This document shows, one piece after another, positions 46,924-55,656 of a stretch of DNA of 59,720 bases. The notes under the pieces are model-generated. The model had not been told where the DNA came from. It was given only the letters and a program-made list of their open reading frames with translations, and searched no databases. Position numbers and translations under genes: made by a program. The DNA comes from a virus (taxonomy: Duplodnaviria; Caudoviricetes): the IMG/VR virus record IMGVR_UViG_3300045996_001340, positions 1 to 59,720 of that record; one strand, given 5' to 3'. Within the stretch, counting starts at the first letter, position 1, and every line of letters begins with the position of its first letter.

Positions 46924-47192
46924 CAAGCGACTCGTTTGGCGTACTTGTTGCGCTCGATGAGGCGCATCCGCTGGCCGTGCACCGGCGGCGTGCAACCCGT
47001 CTCCGCCTTCGCGATAAACGGGTAGTTGTGGTTCTTGCCGCGGCCCTTGTACGGTTTGATGCGCGAGAGGATCAGCTCACGTTCACCGGCCGGACGCGAC
47101 TCTGCGAACGCGAGCTCGCGGAACTTCATGATGGCGCGGCGGAACGGCGTGCCGGCCTTCACGTTGAGATCGGGACCTTGGACGTTGTTCAT
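46923..47192 (-). CDS. Basic hypothetical protein
   Basis: GAGG RBS; coupled. Confidence 0.6.
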   Translation of the reverse strand: MNNVQGPDLNVKAGTPFRRAIMKFRELAFAESRPAGERELILSRIKPYKGRGKNHNYPFIAKAETGCTPPVHGQRMRLIERNKYAKRVA

Positions 47193-47494
47193 CGCTCGAT
47201 GCCTCGCTTCGCTTCAGCTTTCATGAGATACCACTGGCTCGCGACCGAGCCGAATGCAGTCAGCACGACGTAGAACAGCAGCGTCGTCGCAAACGCTACT
47301 GGTTTGTCTTTCACGCCGATCAACATGTTCACGATGAAAAACTGGGAGGCGAACCACACGCCATTCGAAAAGACGCTGGAAACCCCGTTGTACCAAAGGC
47401 CCTTCGACCCTTTCGAATTGCGAGCACGCGAAGTTGCCGTGTGCGCTGCGTTCTGCAGCACCAACAACACTCCCCAGATAATCCACTCAGTCAC
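47189..47494 (-). CDS. Small multi-TM membrane protein
   Basis: Three hydrophobic segments. Confidence 0.7.
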   Translation of the reverse strand: MTEWIIWGVLLVLQNAAHTATSRARNSKGSKGLWYNGVSSVFSNGVWFASQFFIVNMLIGVKDKPVAFATTLLFYVVLTAFGSVASQWYLMKAEAKRGIER

Positions 47495-47576
47495 GGATCA
47501 CTCCCGATGCGGGAGCAATCGCTCCCAAAAGAGGAGGGCCGACGGCCAGCCCTCCAGGCAACAACAGCGCGAACAG

Positions 47577-47972
47577 TTACTCGGCCTTCGCTTCCTTCGC
47601 AGCCTTGATGACGGCGGCGAACTTCGACTTGTCCAGACCGCCGAGCGTCTCGGCTCCGCCGACCTTCTTCAGAATCGCCTGCGCCTTGTCCGAAGCGCCG
47701 AGCCGCTTGCCGGCTTCGATCAGCGCATTGCGCACGTCGTCCTTCGTGTACTCGACGACCGACTCTTCATCCGCGTCGAGGAACGAGGTGTCGTCCTTCG
47801 GCTTCTCGGGCTCTTTCGGTGTCTCCTTCGGCTTCGAGGACTTGGCAGGCTTCGATGTTCCGGCGTTTTCCTGCGGTGTTGCGGCGCCCGCAGGCACTGC
47901 AACCGGCGCGCTCGCCAACTTTTCGAGCGCCGCAACGGCACGCTCCAACAAACTCACGAACTTCTCGAGCAT
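47577..47972 (-). CDS. Phage protein typical of DUF2800/SSB replication modules
   Basis: AGGAG RBS; LERAVAALE, linker, then T.DDVR.AL...ILKK.GG...L. Confidence 0.75.
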   Translation of the reverse strand: MLEKFVSLLERAVAALEKLASAPVAVPAGAATPQENAGTSKPAKSSKPKETPKEPEKPKDDTSFLDADEESVVEYTKDDVRNALIEAGKRLGASDKAQAILKKVGGAETLGGLDKSKFAAVIKAAKEAKAE

Positions 47973-47992
47973 CAACTTCTCCTTCAGGGTGG

Positions 47993-48517
47993 TTACAACT
48001 TTGCGCCGGGAGCCAGCGGCGCGAGGCCGTGCTTCTCTCGGAACTCTTGGGACGCAGCGAGCGCACGCCACGCGCGAGCGTCGTATTCGTCGAGCATCTG
48101 CACGACCAGGCGTTCCTGCTCGACGAAGTCAGCAGCGCGGTCGTGCGCTGCTTGCAGATCGGCGAGGTCCGTACCGTGGCGCTCGATGCACTCTTCATGG
48201 TCCATCGACTTGCCGCGGGCGTGATGCAGCGGCTGGCCGGGGTTGTGCTTGTCGTTGCCTTGCTTCGACCAACGCGCAACGCCCGCGAGCGCGGCAGGAA
48301 AGTAGTTGTAGCAACCGGCTCGCAGGGGGATTTCTTTGCGCGCGTCCGAATCGGTTGGTAGCGTCAGCTTCGGTACGCCGACGAGCTCCGGCATCATGCC
48401 GACCTGCCTCGGCAAGACCGCGCCGCCATCGTTGTCGACTCTTGCCGGGTAGCCCTTGTCCCTCAACAGCGATTCGCTGTACGAGCTGTACCCGAAGTCG
48501 TCGTTGCTTGATGTCAT
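47993..48517 (-). CDS. DUF5664-like dATP/dGTP diphosphohydrolase domain protein
   Basis: RK..P...FP.AL..VA..S..GN.KH...RH...AWRALA. Confidence 0.65.
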   Translation of the reverse strand: MTSSNDDFGYSSYSESLLRDKGYPARVDNDGGAVLPRQVGMMPELVGVPKLTLPTDSDARKEIPLRAGCYNYFPAALAGVARWSKQGNDKHNPGQPLHHARGKSMDHEECIERHGTDLADLQAAHDRAADFVEQERLVVQMLDEYDARAWRALAASQEFREKHGLAPLAPGAKL

Positions 48518-50055
48518 TACAGCCTCCACTCCCCGTCGATGATGTTGATGAGCGACCGCTTGCCGTTCGGGTAGACGATGCAGTGCGTGTTGAGCCACGA
48601 GCTCGGTCCGCCGGTGTACTCGAGGCGCAGACGCGTAGAGGTGCCCGTCTGGTAGCAGCCCTCCTCGATGCCCGGCGAGTGCGAGTGCCCGATGATCGAC
48701 TTCACGCCGATGCGCCGCAGATTCTTGCGGCTGCCACGCGCGCCGTTCGGCCCACGGTCGCCGTGCATGCCGAGCTCTATGCCCGCAACCTGGCAGCTCT
48801 CATCGCCGTCGAGCACCTTGACGCCCGGCAAGCGAGAGCGCGCGATCAGTGCGAACGGCGAGGGGTACTCCGTGCCGCCAGGACCCATGCGCGTCGCCTG
48901 CACCATCGCAAGCGCCGTGCGCAGGTAGAACGCCGCGTTCACTGGGTCGGTGCGCCAGTCGTTCGACACGATCCAGCGACGCAGGAAGTCATCGTGGTTG
49001 GAAGAGACGATGTGGTCTTCGCAGAACGGCAACGCCTCGTCGCGAACGAACTCGATAGCCGAATGAACTTCGCGCTCCACGTCATCGAGCGACGACATGC
49101 GCTTCGCGATACGGTTGAACGGATTGCCGAGGTGGTGAGGGTTCGCGCTGTATCCGTCGAGCAGGTCGTGATAGAAGCGGCGCTTCGGTCGCAACACCGC
49201 CATGATCTCGCGCGTCGCGGCGAGCACGCCCGGATCAGCGAAGCCAACGTGCATGTCCCCGAGCGCGATTGCCTCGACTTCGCTCGCCGAGGCGCTTCCC
49301 GGCGCATAGAGTTTGTCGAGGTCGTAGAAGTGACCTGTCGTCTTCTCCGCATTCAGTTGGCGCAAGTGGAATTTGCCGGCGCGCATCTCGACATACGCCG
49401 CGCCAAGGGTGTGGTGGAAGTCGCCAAGCTTGCCGGCCTTCGAGTCGACGTAGTTGCGCACGGTGCACGCGCCGGTTGTCGTCAGGATCTTCGGCAGTCG
49501 TGACTGCGGTGTCGGCACCGTCGTCAGCTGGAGCTTCGGATGCGGCAGGATGCCACTCTCGCCGTGCGTCAACGCCTCGAACCCGGTGAGCGGCGAAGTT
49601 GCCGTCGGCTGCACACGCACGTCGCCAAGGACGACGAGGTTCCTGTTCATCTTGCGACGCGAGTTGAATAGGAACGGCGTGACGCGGTCGTCCCAGACGT
49701 CGTGTAGCTTCGCGAGCTTCGACCAGCGCGATGTCGGATTGCGATAGCGCCCCGGTACGACCAGCAACTCCGCCGAGTTCACGTGGCAGAAGTACTCGAG
49801 AGAATCGAGAAACCCCTTGTGAATTGGCGTTGCGTTCTGCGCGTACGTGACGACGAATCGCTCGACCTTGCCGAGGTCGCGCTTGAAGATCGGCATCTTC
49901 GTCGAGCGCTTGCGTGCTGCCGCCTCAGGCGTAGTGGTGGAGTAGCAGTAGGGCCGCCCGCCGGGCGAGCCGCCGCACTTCCAGCGCAAGGCGCCCGAGG
50001 GCGTGCGAGCGCCGCGGTGCATCAGGCTGCCGCACTTGGGGCAGGTTGGGTTCAT
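48517..50055 (-). CDS. Metallophosphoesterase with N-terminal Zn finger
   Basis: GDMH, HDLLD, SNHD, HGD, GHSH motifs; CPKC...C...C. Confidence 0.85.
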   Translation of the reverse strand: MNPTCPKCGSLMHRGARTPSGALRWKCGGSPGGRPYCYSTTTPEAAARKRSTKMPIFKRDLGKVERFVVTYAQNATPIHKGFLDSLEYFCHVNSAELLVVPGRYRNPTSRWSKLAKLHDVWDDRVTPFLFNSRRKMNRNLVVLGDVRVQPTATSPLTGFEALTHGESGILPHPKLQLTTVPTPQSRLPKILTTTGACTVRNYVDSKAGKLGDFHHTLGAAYVEMRAGKFHLRQLNAEKTTGHFYDLDKLYAPGSASASEVEAIALGDMHVGFADPGVLAATREIMAVLRPKRRFYHDLLDGYSANPHHLGNPFNRIAKRMSSLDDVEREVHSAIEFVRDEALPFCEDHIVSSNHDDFLRRWIVSNDWRTDPVNAAFYLRTALAMVQATRMGPGGTEYPSPFALIARSRLPGVKVLDGDESCQVAGIELGMHGDRGPNGARGSRKNLRRIGVKSIIGHSHSPGIEEGCYQTGTSTRLRLEYTGGPSSWLNTHCIVYPNGKRSLINIIDGEWRL

Positions 50056-50480
50056 TCGTCGAACCGACCTTCTTCGATCTCGAGGCGGATGCATGCGATC
50101 CGCGTGCTGCTTCTCGAGTTGAAACGGACATCGTTTGCCGTGTCCGCAGCAGCGCGCGTGTTGTAAATTCCTCCCGTGTAGTGGTCGCCGATCTTGATCC
50201 GGCGGTTGTAAGGCCCGACTTTAGTGACGCGATACACGTTCACGTAGCCGGCGACCTTCTCCGGAAGGTTCTCGACGTCGAACAAGGGCTCCGGCCCGTA
50301 CATCCCGAACGCTTGACCCTGCTGGTTGAAGCGCATCAGCACGTCATCGCTGTAGACGCTGCACTTGCCGAGGGCATGTGCGCCTTGCCAGGCGCTATTG
50401 TTGAAGTCGCGGTCGAGAACAACAACAGGGCTCTTGTCGCTCTTGCGGCGTATCGGTTTGTCGAAATCGATCGTCTTCAC
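50052..50480 (-). CDS. Hypothetical protein
   Basis: Coupled ORF. Confidence 0.65.
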   Translation of the reverse strand: MKTIDFDKPIRRKSDKSPVVVLDRDFNNSAWQGAHALGKCSVYSDDVLMRFNQQGQAFGMYGPEPLFDVENLPEKVAGYVNVYRVTKVGPYNRRIKIGDHYTGGIYNTRAAADTANDVRFNSRSSTRIACIRLEIEEGRFDE

Positions 50481-50653
50481 TTGCTCTTCCTCGCTACTGC
50501 TGGATTCTTGACGATGCCCGGCGTCGCACTCATCTGCGGATGCATCGGGGCCTTACAGCTTGGACACGCCAAGGGCTCGTTACGTTCCGGAACTTTCCGG
50601 AACTCTTCGACCACGTGACCGTTGGCGCAGGCGTACTCGTAGAAGGGAGGCAT
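50477..50653 (-). CDS. FmdB-family zinc-ribbon protein (58 aa, absent from the ORF track)
   Basis: MPPFYEYACANGH..E...CPSC. Confidence 0.8.
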   Translation of the reverse strand: MPPFYEYACANGHVVEEFRKVPERNEPLACPSCKAPMHPQMSATPGIVKNPAVARKSK

Positions 50654-50994
50654 CAGCTTTCGGCACGAGCCGCTGCGAACAAGCGCGCGCAGTTTCCGAG
50701 AAGTTCTTCGCTCATCCGAGCTGCAAGTGCGTCGAGCGTTTCGCCGTCGCCGCTGAGCTCAAGGCTGTCGAGCGGCCCGTAACAGGAGCAATGCCCCAGC
50801 GACTCGTAAAACCACCTGCCGTTCTTGCGCAGCAGTGCTTCTCCCGCGCCTTCGTAGCCGCCGTTTCCGTAGCAATAGACGATGACGTCTACTCCGGCAT
50901 CTTCCACTTTCTCCAGCTCGTAACTTTGAAGCGCTTCGTTGTCGAAGTATCCGCTGTCTGTCATTTCGATCTGAACTGCTTTCATTTCACGCAT
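50653..50994 (-). CDS. Hypothetical protein
   Basis: Y..GGYEG.G...GHCSCYGP motif. Confidence 0.7.
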   Translation of the reverse strand: MREMKAVQIEMTDSGYFDNEALQSYELEKVEDAGVDVIVYCYGNGGYEGAGEALLRKNGRWFYESLGHCSCYGPLDSLELSGDGETLDALAARMSEELLGNCARLFAAARAES

Positions 50995-51292
50995 CCCTCA
51001 AGTGTTTGCCTTTGATGAACTTCGGCCCGGTGATGTACCAGACCTCCCACTCGCGCCGGCTCAGCGCGACGATGTCGCAGCAGGCGGCCCACCACTGCGC
51101 GACCGACTGTCGCGCCGGGTTGAACAGCTTGCGTCGCTCCCACGCCTTCTCTAGAACCTTCTCGAGGAAGTAGTCGCGCCACCGCGGCCCGTACATGCGC
51201 CGCGTGTACTCGGCCGTTACCGTGGCGAGCTGCGCGAAGTGGTCGCGGATCATCTCTTCGAACGCGGCGTATTCCTTCGGGTCTTTCGTCAT
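50987..51292 (-). CDS. Hypothetical protein (weak sigma region-2-like pattern)
   Basis: D...KVLEKAWE....FNP.R.S...W. Confidence 0.6.
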   Translation of the reverse strand: MTKDPKEYAAFEEMIRDHFAQLATVTAEYTRRMYGPRWRDYFLEKVLEKAWERRKLFNPARQSVAQWWAACCDIVALSRREWEVWYITGPKFIKGKHLRDA

Positions 51293-53394
51293 TCGAGCCA
51301 AGCCTCTTCGGTGGCAACCTGGACGTCATGAAGCGCGACGTGGTTGTTCGGGTGTAGGAAGATGAGTTTCTTGCTGATGAGCTGCTCGATCGCACTCTTC
51401 ATGTTCTTGCGCCGGTTGTCGGCTTTCTCGTTGTCTTCGGGCAGCTTCGCCATCGAGCACTGAAGCAACGTGTGCTGCGGCACGAGGCCGTTACCAACGT
51501 CGTGCGCGAGGTCGCGCAGCGTGTCGAACACGATGACTTGGTTCGCACCTTGCGGCGCCTGCTTGCGGCTCTTCGCCTTCGGCGGTTCGATCGGCTCCAT
51601 GACGAGCGAGGTCAGCGCGTGGCCATCGTCATCGGAGTAGCCGAGATCGATTGAAGTCGCTTGGTAGGCGAGCGGCGGCTGGTCGGGCGACGCCTTGAAG
51701 CGTGCACGGCTTACCGTGACGATCGGCTTGGTTGCATCGCGCGTGACGATGTTCTCGCCCTCGGCGTCGGCTTTGAACGTGGAGGCGCCGCGGCCGCGGC
51801 TCTGATCGCCGTGGCCTGTGTGATGGACAAGGATCACCGTCGCGTCGAACGCGGTGTCGGCACGCTTCAGGCCGCTCTCGATCTTGCCGAGGAACGCCTT
51901 GACGTCAGCGTTGTCGTTCTCATCGATCCCGCCCGACAGCTTGCTGAACGTGTCGAGCACGAAGAGCACGGGGCGAATGTTCAACGCCACGCAGTCGGCA
52001 CGGATCAGGTCGATACCTTCCTTCTCGGCAAGGTTCAGCCGGCGCTCGAGCACGAAGAGAGGCACCTCATCGGGGCTGCGCTCGGGGCAGAAGCGGATGA
52101 ACCACGCGCGCACGCGCCGGTCCAGGTCGCCGCCTTCTGCGCTGACTACGCACACCGGCTCGTTCAACGTCGTCGCCACACGCAGCGCCCAGTCGAGCGC
52201 GATGAAGCTCTTGAACGAGCCCGGCGGCCCGATCATCAGCGTCGTGACGGCGCGCTCGAGGACGTCGCGGATCAGCCAGCGCGGTCGAGTCGGGTTCTTG
52301 AGGAGGTCGGATACGTGCCGGAAGAGGGTGGCGCTGCGCTCGTGCGCCTGCGTCTCCTGTTGAGGAGTCAGCGGCTCGAAGTCCGCCGGGATCGGGCCGA
52401 GGGCTTGGAAGTCTTCCTTTGCGGTCGCTTGCTGGAGCTCGGGCTGCTCTTGGGCGAGCTTGCACATAGCCCGGTAGCTGGGGCGCTCCGTAACAGGAAG
52501 CGCAAGAGCTTGCGAATCATCAAGGGTGTGGAATCGGTGAGCACGGACCAGGTCGAAGGCGTTACTTTGCCCCCTGGCAGGGTCGGTGTCGTGATGACTG
52601 TGAAGCTTGGTGTCGTCGTCATAGACGATCGCGCCTTCTGGGCGAGAGCCTGCCGTATATGTCCATCTTCCTTCGACTGCTGTCGGGACGTAAGGCAAAC
52701 CGAAGTGTTCGATGGCTTTGCTGATTGAGAATGCACGGCAGAACGCTCCTACGATTCCGGGTTTGTCGAGCGGAGAGACTTTGTTCTCGAGGTCGCTCGG
52801 ACGATCGTGCTCCTGGCGACGCGGCCAACTGTCACGGTTCGTCCAGTCCGCGTACGTGGCGAGCGTCGCATCGACGTCGACCCACATGCCTTCGAGGTTC
52901 CAGTGACTGCGCCAATTGTCGCTGCCGACCGGACGACACGGCGCGAACATAAACTGGCAAGGCGTGAAGCTCTCGCGGGCGACGAGCTCGATGCCGATCA
53001 TCTCGCCGACGCGGCGCACGACGGCCTGGAACTCGTCGTAGCCAGCAGGGCGGGACAGCGGCATCACGACGCGGAAGCGGGGCTTCTCGTCGGTGTGCGA
53101 GAAGGTGGTGTACTGGGCGAACGCGAAATCTTTCAGGAGTTCCGCGACTGCATCGAAGGCCCACGGATCGACGTGGTCGAAGTCGAGCGTGATAGCGTGC
53201 CGGGCGACATAGTTGTCGCTGTGGCGGTAGTCGTCCGAAAACTCCGCGGTGCAATACCATCCCTTGTCTTCTTTCGTCGCGGTCTCGGGAGGCTCGGCAG
53301 TGAGCCAGCCGACGAGCTGCGGCCATTCGACTTGACGCGTCTTCGTCACCTCGGCGTGGTGTCGTCCGCCGAACGAAATGGTCAGTGTTCTCAT
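51289..53394 (-). CDS. Primase-helicase (AEP-type primase plus RepA/AAA_25 helicase)
   Basis: LDFD...YTTFSH...PRFRVV; GPPGSFKS, LDT, DENDN, VHHTGH...RGAS. Confidence 0.9.
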   Translation of the reverse strand: MRTLTISFGGRHHAEVTKTRQVEWPQLVGWLTAEPPETATKEDKGWYCTAEFSDDYRHSDNYVARHAITLDFDHVDPWAFDAVAELLKDFAFAQYTTFSHTDEKPRFRVVMPLSRPAGYDEFQAVVRRVGEMIGIELVARESFTPCQFMFAPCRPVGSDNWRSHWNLEGMWVDVDATLATYADWTNRDSWPRRQEHDRPSDLENKVSPLDKPGIVGAFCRAFSISKAIEHFGLPYVPTAVEGRWTYTAGSRPEGAIVYDDDTKLHSHHDTDPARGQSNAFDLVRAHRFHTLDDSQALALPVTERPSYRAMCKLAQEQPELQQATAKEDFQALGPIPADFEPLTPQQETQAHERSATLFRHVSDLLKNPTRPRWLIRDVLERAVTTLMIGPPGSFKSFIALDWALRVATTLNEPVCVVSAEGGDLDRRVRAWFIRFCPERSPDEVPLFVLERRLNLAEKEGIDLIRADCVALNIRPVLFVLDTFSKLSGGIDENDNADVKAFLGKIESGLKRADTAFDATVILVHHTGHGDQSRGRGASTFKADAEGENIVTRDATKPIVTVSRARFKASPDQPPLAYQATSIDLGYSDDDGHALTSLVMEPIEPPKAKSRKQAPQGANQVIVFDTLRDLAHDVGNGLVPQHTLLQCSMAKLPEDNEKADNRRKNMKSAIEQLISKKLIFLHPNNHVALHDVQVATEEAWLE

Positions 53395-53403
53395 GCAGCC
53401 TTT

Positions 53404-53598
53404 CTATGCGGGGAGGCAGTCATCGAACTCGGCGCGCAACATGTCGCAGGCGCTGTTCATAGACAGGTCGCCGCAGAGGAACTGCTCGTAGAGCTCTTCG
53501 TATTTGCGACGGATGCTGCGAACGGCAGCCGAGTCGTCTTTCAGCTCGCCGACGTAGAAGCCGCAAGCCAGTTCGAGGGGGTTTTCTTCATCGATCAT
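53404..53598 (-). CDS. Hypothetical protein
   Basis: ORF just downstream of an operator palindrome. Confidence 0.5.
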   Translation of the reverse strand: MIDEENPLELACGFYVGELKDDSAAVRSIRRKYEELYEQFLCGDLSMNSACDMLRAEFDDCLPA

Positions 53599-53625
53599 GC
53601 AAGCTCTGAGCCTGCAAGATCAGGT

Positions 53626-53643
53626 CATGTTCCGGTCGGAACT
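53626..53643. promoter_or_regulatory. Operator-like palindrome (18-bp reverse complement of 6294-6311)
   Basis: CATGTTCCGGTCGGAACT upstream of the replication operon. Confidence 0.75.
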
Positions 53644-53680
53644 AAAAGAAAAAGGCCGCGATCTCTCGATCAGCGGCCTT
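53644..53680 (-). terminator. Rho-independent terminator
   Basis: AAGGCCGCTGATC-GAGA-GATCGCGGCC followed by TTTTTCTTTT on the minus strand. Confidence 0.75.
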
Positions 53681-53702
53681 GTATTCTATCACACGTCCGG
53701 AA

Positions 53703-53864
53703 CTATCCGGTCTTAACGCACGAATACTCGATTCGTCTCCTGGTCTGCTTGACGGTGTCTTTGCCAGCCTGCTCGCACAGCTCCTGCGTGGCGAACCCCG
53801 GCACGGAGGTGACGGCGACGACGCTTGCGTCCATCGTCAACACCACCAGGATCAGCGTGAACAT
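53703..53864 (-). CDS. Small two-Cys protein with hydrophobic N-terminus
   Basis: MFTLILVVL...FATQELCEQA...YSCV. Confidence 0.65.
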   Translation of the reverse strand: MFTLILVVLTMDASVVAVTSVPGFATQELCEQAGKDTVKQTRRRIEYSCVKTG

Positions 53865-54511
53865 CAGTGCGCCCGAATCTCCGCGCCGTTCGGGCGCCGC
53901 ACCGACCGGCGTGGCCGGATGGCGGTGAGGCGGGCCTGCACCTTCTCGAGGAACGCCTGCGCTGCCACAGGGTCCTCGTCGATCATTCGTCTGACGAGTG
54001 ATTCGAGTTTTTTCTCCACCCGTGTCGCGCGTTCTTTGATCGTGGCGTTGCGCCGGATCTGCGCCGGCTGGTAGAGCTTCTGCAGCTCGTCCTTGCGCAC
54101 GTCCTTCGGCACGAGCTTCTCGATCTTGCCGCCCGCCCGGACCCACGAGGTCAGCACTGACTTCGCAGTGCGGGCGAACGTCGTGCGCCGGTTGCGCTCG
54201 AGCGCCCGGCGAGTACGCTCCGATGCTTCGAGATCCTCGGCGGGGGCGATGTCTTTCGTGGTGATCGCCTGCAGGACAACGTCATATAGATGTTGGTGCA
54301 CCGTCTCGATCGCGAGCAGCACGTCGTCCGTGCCGCGTTTGCGCCCGAGCTCGCGCTGTGCGTGTGCGACCAGGATCTTCAGGTACGTGCCGCGAACGCC
54401 CTCGGCCCGACCCTTGATGTCAACGTATTCGCGCGCGATCTGTGCGAGCGTTGTATCGGATACGACATAGCCAGACTTCGCCAGGCTGTCGGTCGTTCGG
54501 TGCTTCGCCAT
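53864..54511 (-). CDS. Basic helical hypothetical protein (candidate DNA-binding regulator)
   Basis: GAGG RBS; upstream TTGACG-17 nt-CAAAGT overlapping a GGAAC site. Confidence 0.7.
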   Translation of the reverse strand: MAKHRTTDSLAKSGYVVSDTTLAQIAREYVDIKGRAEGVRGTYLKILVAHAQRELGRKRGTDDVLLAIETVHQHLYDVVLQAITTKDIAPAEDLEASERTRRALERNRRTTFARTAKSVLTSWVRAGGKIEKLVPKDVRKDELQKLYQPAQIRRNATIKERATRVEKKLESLVRRMIDEDPVAAQAFLEKVQARLTAIRPRRSVRRPNGAEIRAH

Positions 54512-54572
54512 CGTTTGTTGCCTCGGTGTGGAATTCGCAGACAGCAAACTTTGCAGCGCAAGAATTGTTCCG

Positions 54573-54746
54573 TCAAGTGCCCGTAGGGGAATTCCTGACG
54601 GGAATACACCAGCACTGCGTATGAGGCCGATCCTTAGTCTCGACGATGCAGGCAGCCACGCACTGCTTGTCGGTGTAGGGTTTCGGATGACGGTCTTCTA
54701 CCTGCATACCGTTGGGCAAGGTCGTGATAAGGATTAGCCACCACAT
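54573..54746 (-). CDS. 57-aa Cys protein with hydrophobic N-terminus (absent from the ORF track)
   Basis: MWWLILITTL...YTDKQCVAAC...QCWCIP. Confidence 0.6.
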   Translation of the reverse strand: MWWLILITTLPNGMQVEDRHPKPYTDKQCVAACIVETKDRPHTQCWCIPVRNSPTGT

Positions 54747-54752
54747 ACGCTG

Positions 54753-54959
54753 TCAGTTGCCCGCCACCCAGACTTGCCGGGGCTCTTGTCTGAGTGACGA
54801 TCGTAATTCGTCCTCGGTCAGGCAAATCCCAATCACCTCACCGTCCATCACAGCTAGCTTCGACTGGGGGCACCACACACCGCGGGCTACCTCACTGCCG
54901 GCGCGGCTCACGACGAACAATTTGCAGCACTCATCCATCGCTGAAATTTCGATATTCAC
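54753..54959 (-). CDS. Hypothetical protein
   Basis: AGGAG RBS and GTG start. Confidence 0.6.
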   Translation of the reverse strand: MNIEISAMDECCKLFVVSRAGSEVARGVWCPQSKLAVMDGEVIGICLTEDELRSSLRQEPRQVWVAGN

Positions 54960-54977
54960 GTGCCTACTCCTGCGCTG

Positions 54978-55187
54978 CTACCGCTTCTGCTTCTTGACGA
55001 TCACGTTGCATCGAATGCTTCGAAGCCGGATGTCGGCCGCCTGATCGACGGTGAACGACCGGCCCAACACTTCGTACGTGACCTTCTCGATGTTGATGAG
55101 ATCGCCCTCCGTCGGCGCGAACGACGAGTCGAGCGACAGAAACGGCTGTTGCTTGCCTTCCAGATAGAACTCGATTCGATCGCTCAC
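54978..55187 (-). CDS. Hypothetical protein
   Basis: GTGA coupling; P.EGDLI...YEV. Confidence 0.6.
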   Translation of the reverse strand: MSDRIEFYLEGKQQPFLSLDSSFAPTEGDLINIEKVTYEVLGRSFTVDQAADIRLRSIRCNVIVKKQKR

Positions 55188-55444
55188 GTACCCACTCCCG
55201 TCGGTTGTCCCGCCGCCTTCTCGCATTCGGTCAGTGCATACTTCTGCGGACACGGACGCGGCGGATTGTCGTCCGGATGGCAGGTGCATGCTCTCGGTTC
55301 TGGAGTGCTTCGCGCTGCGCGGACAACGTATTCATGCGCGGCTTGCATGTCTTCCAGCGACGCGAAGCCGAGGAGCAGTCGGTATCGACTAACGCTGCCG
55401 TCAGACTCAGCGGCTGCGTACGTGTGCTTGTCCAGTGGTGTCAT
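55184..55444 (-). CDS. Mosaic Cys-containing early protein
   Basis: CTCHPDDNPPRPC module; ATGA coupling. Confidence 0.6.
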   Translation of the reverse strand: MTPLDKHTYAAAESDGSVSRYRLLLGFASLEDMQAAHEYVVRAARSTPEPRACTCHPDDNPPRPCPQKYALTECEKAAGQPTGVGT

Positions 55445-55656
55445 TTCGGCCCCGCTTCTGTGTTGGGAGTCGTCGTCAGCACGAGATCGCCGCGCGCGTA
55501 CTCGCACGAAGAGCATCGGCAATCCCGGTAAGGGATCAGCGGATCTTTGCTCCAGTGCGTGAACGGAATGACCGGGCCTTGCACGCCTTTGCGTGGATCA
55601 CCCAAGAACTTCTGCGCTTGGCAGATCGGGCACGGACCGTGGATAGCGCAACTCAT
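55441..55656 (-). CDS. Small Zn-binding hypothetical protein
   Basis: CAIHGPCPIC...CRCSSC. Confidence 0.55.
   Translation of the reverse strand: MSCAIHGPCPICQAQKFLGDPRKGVQGPVIPFTHWSKDPLIPYRDCRCSSCEYARGDLVLTTTPNTEAGPK

Noticed and set aside
47993-48517. Z-genome (2-aminoadenine) or 7-deazaguanine pathway
   Set aside because: No PurZ, DatZ, DpdA or Que genes were recognised.
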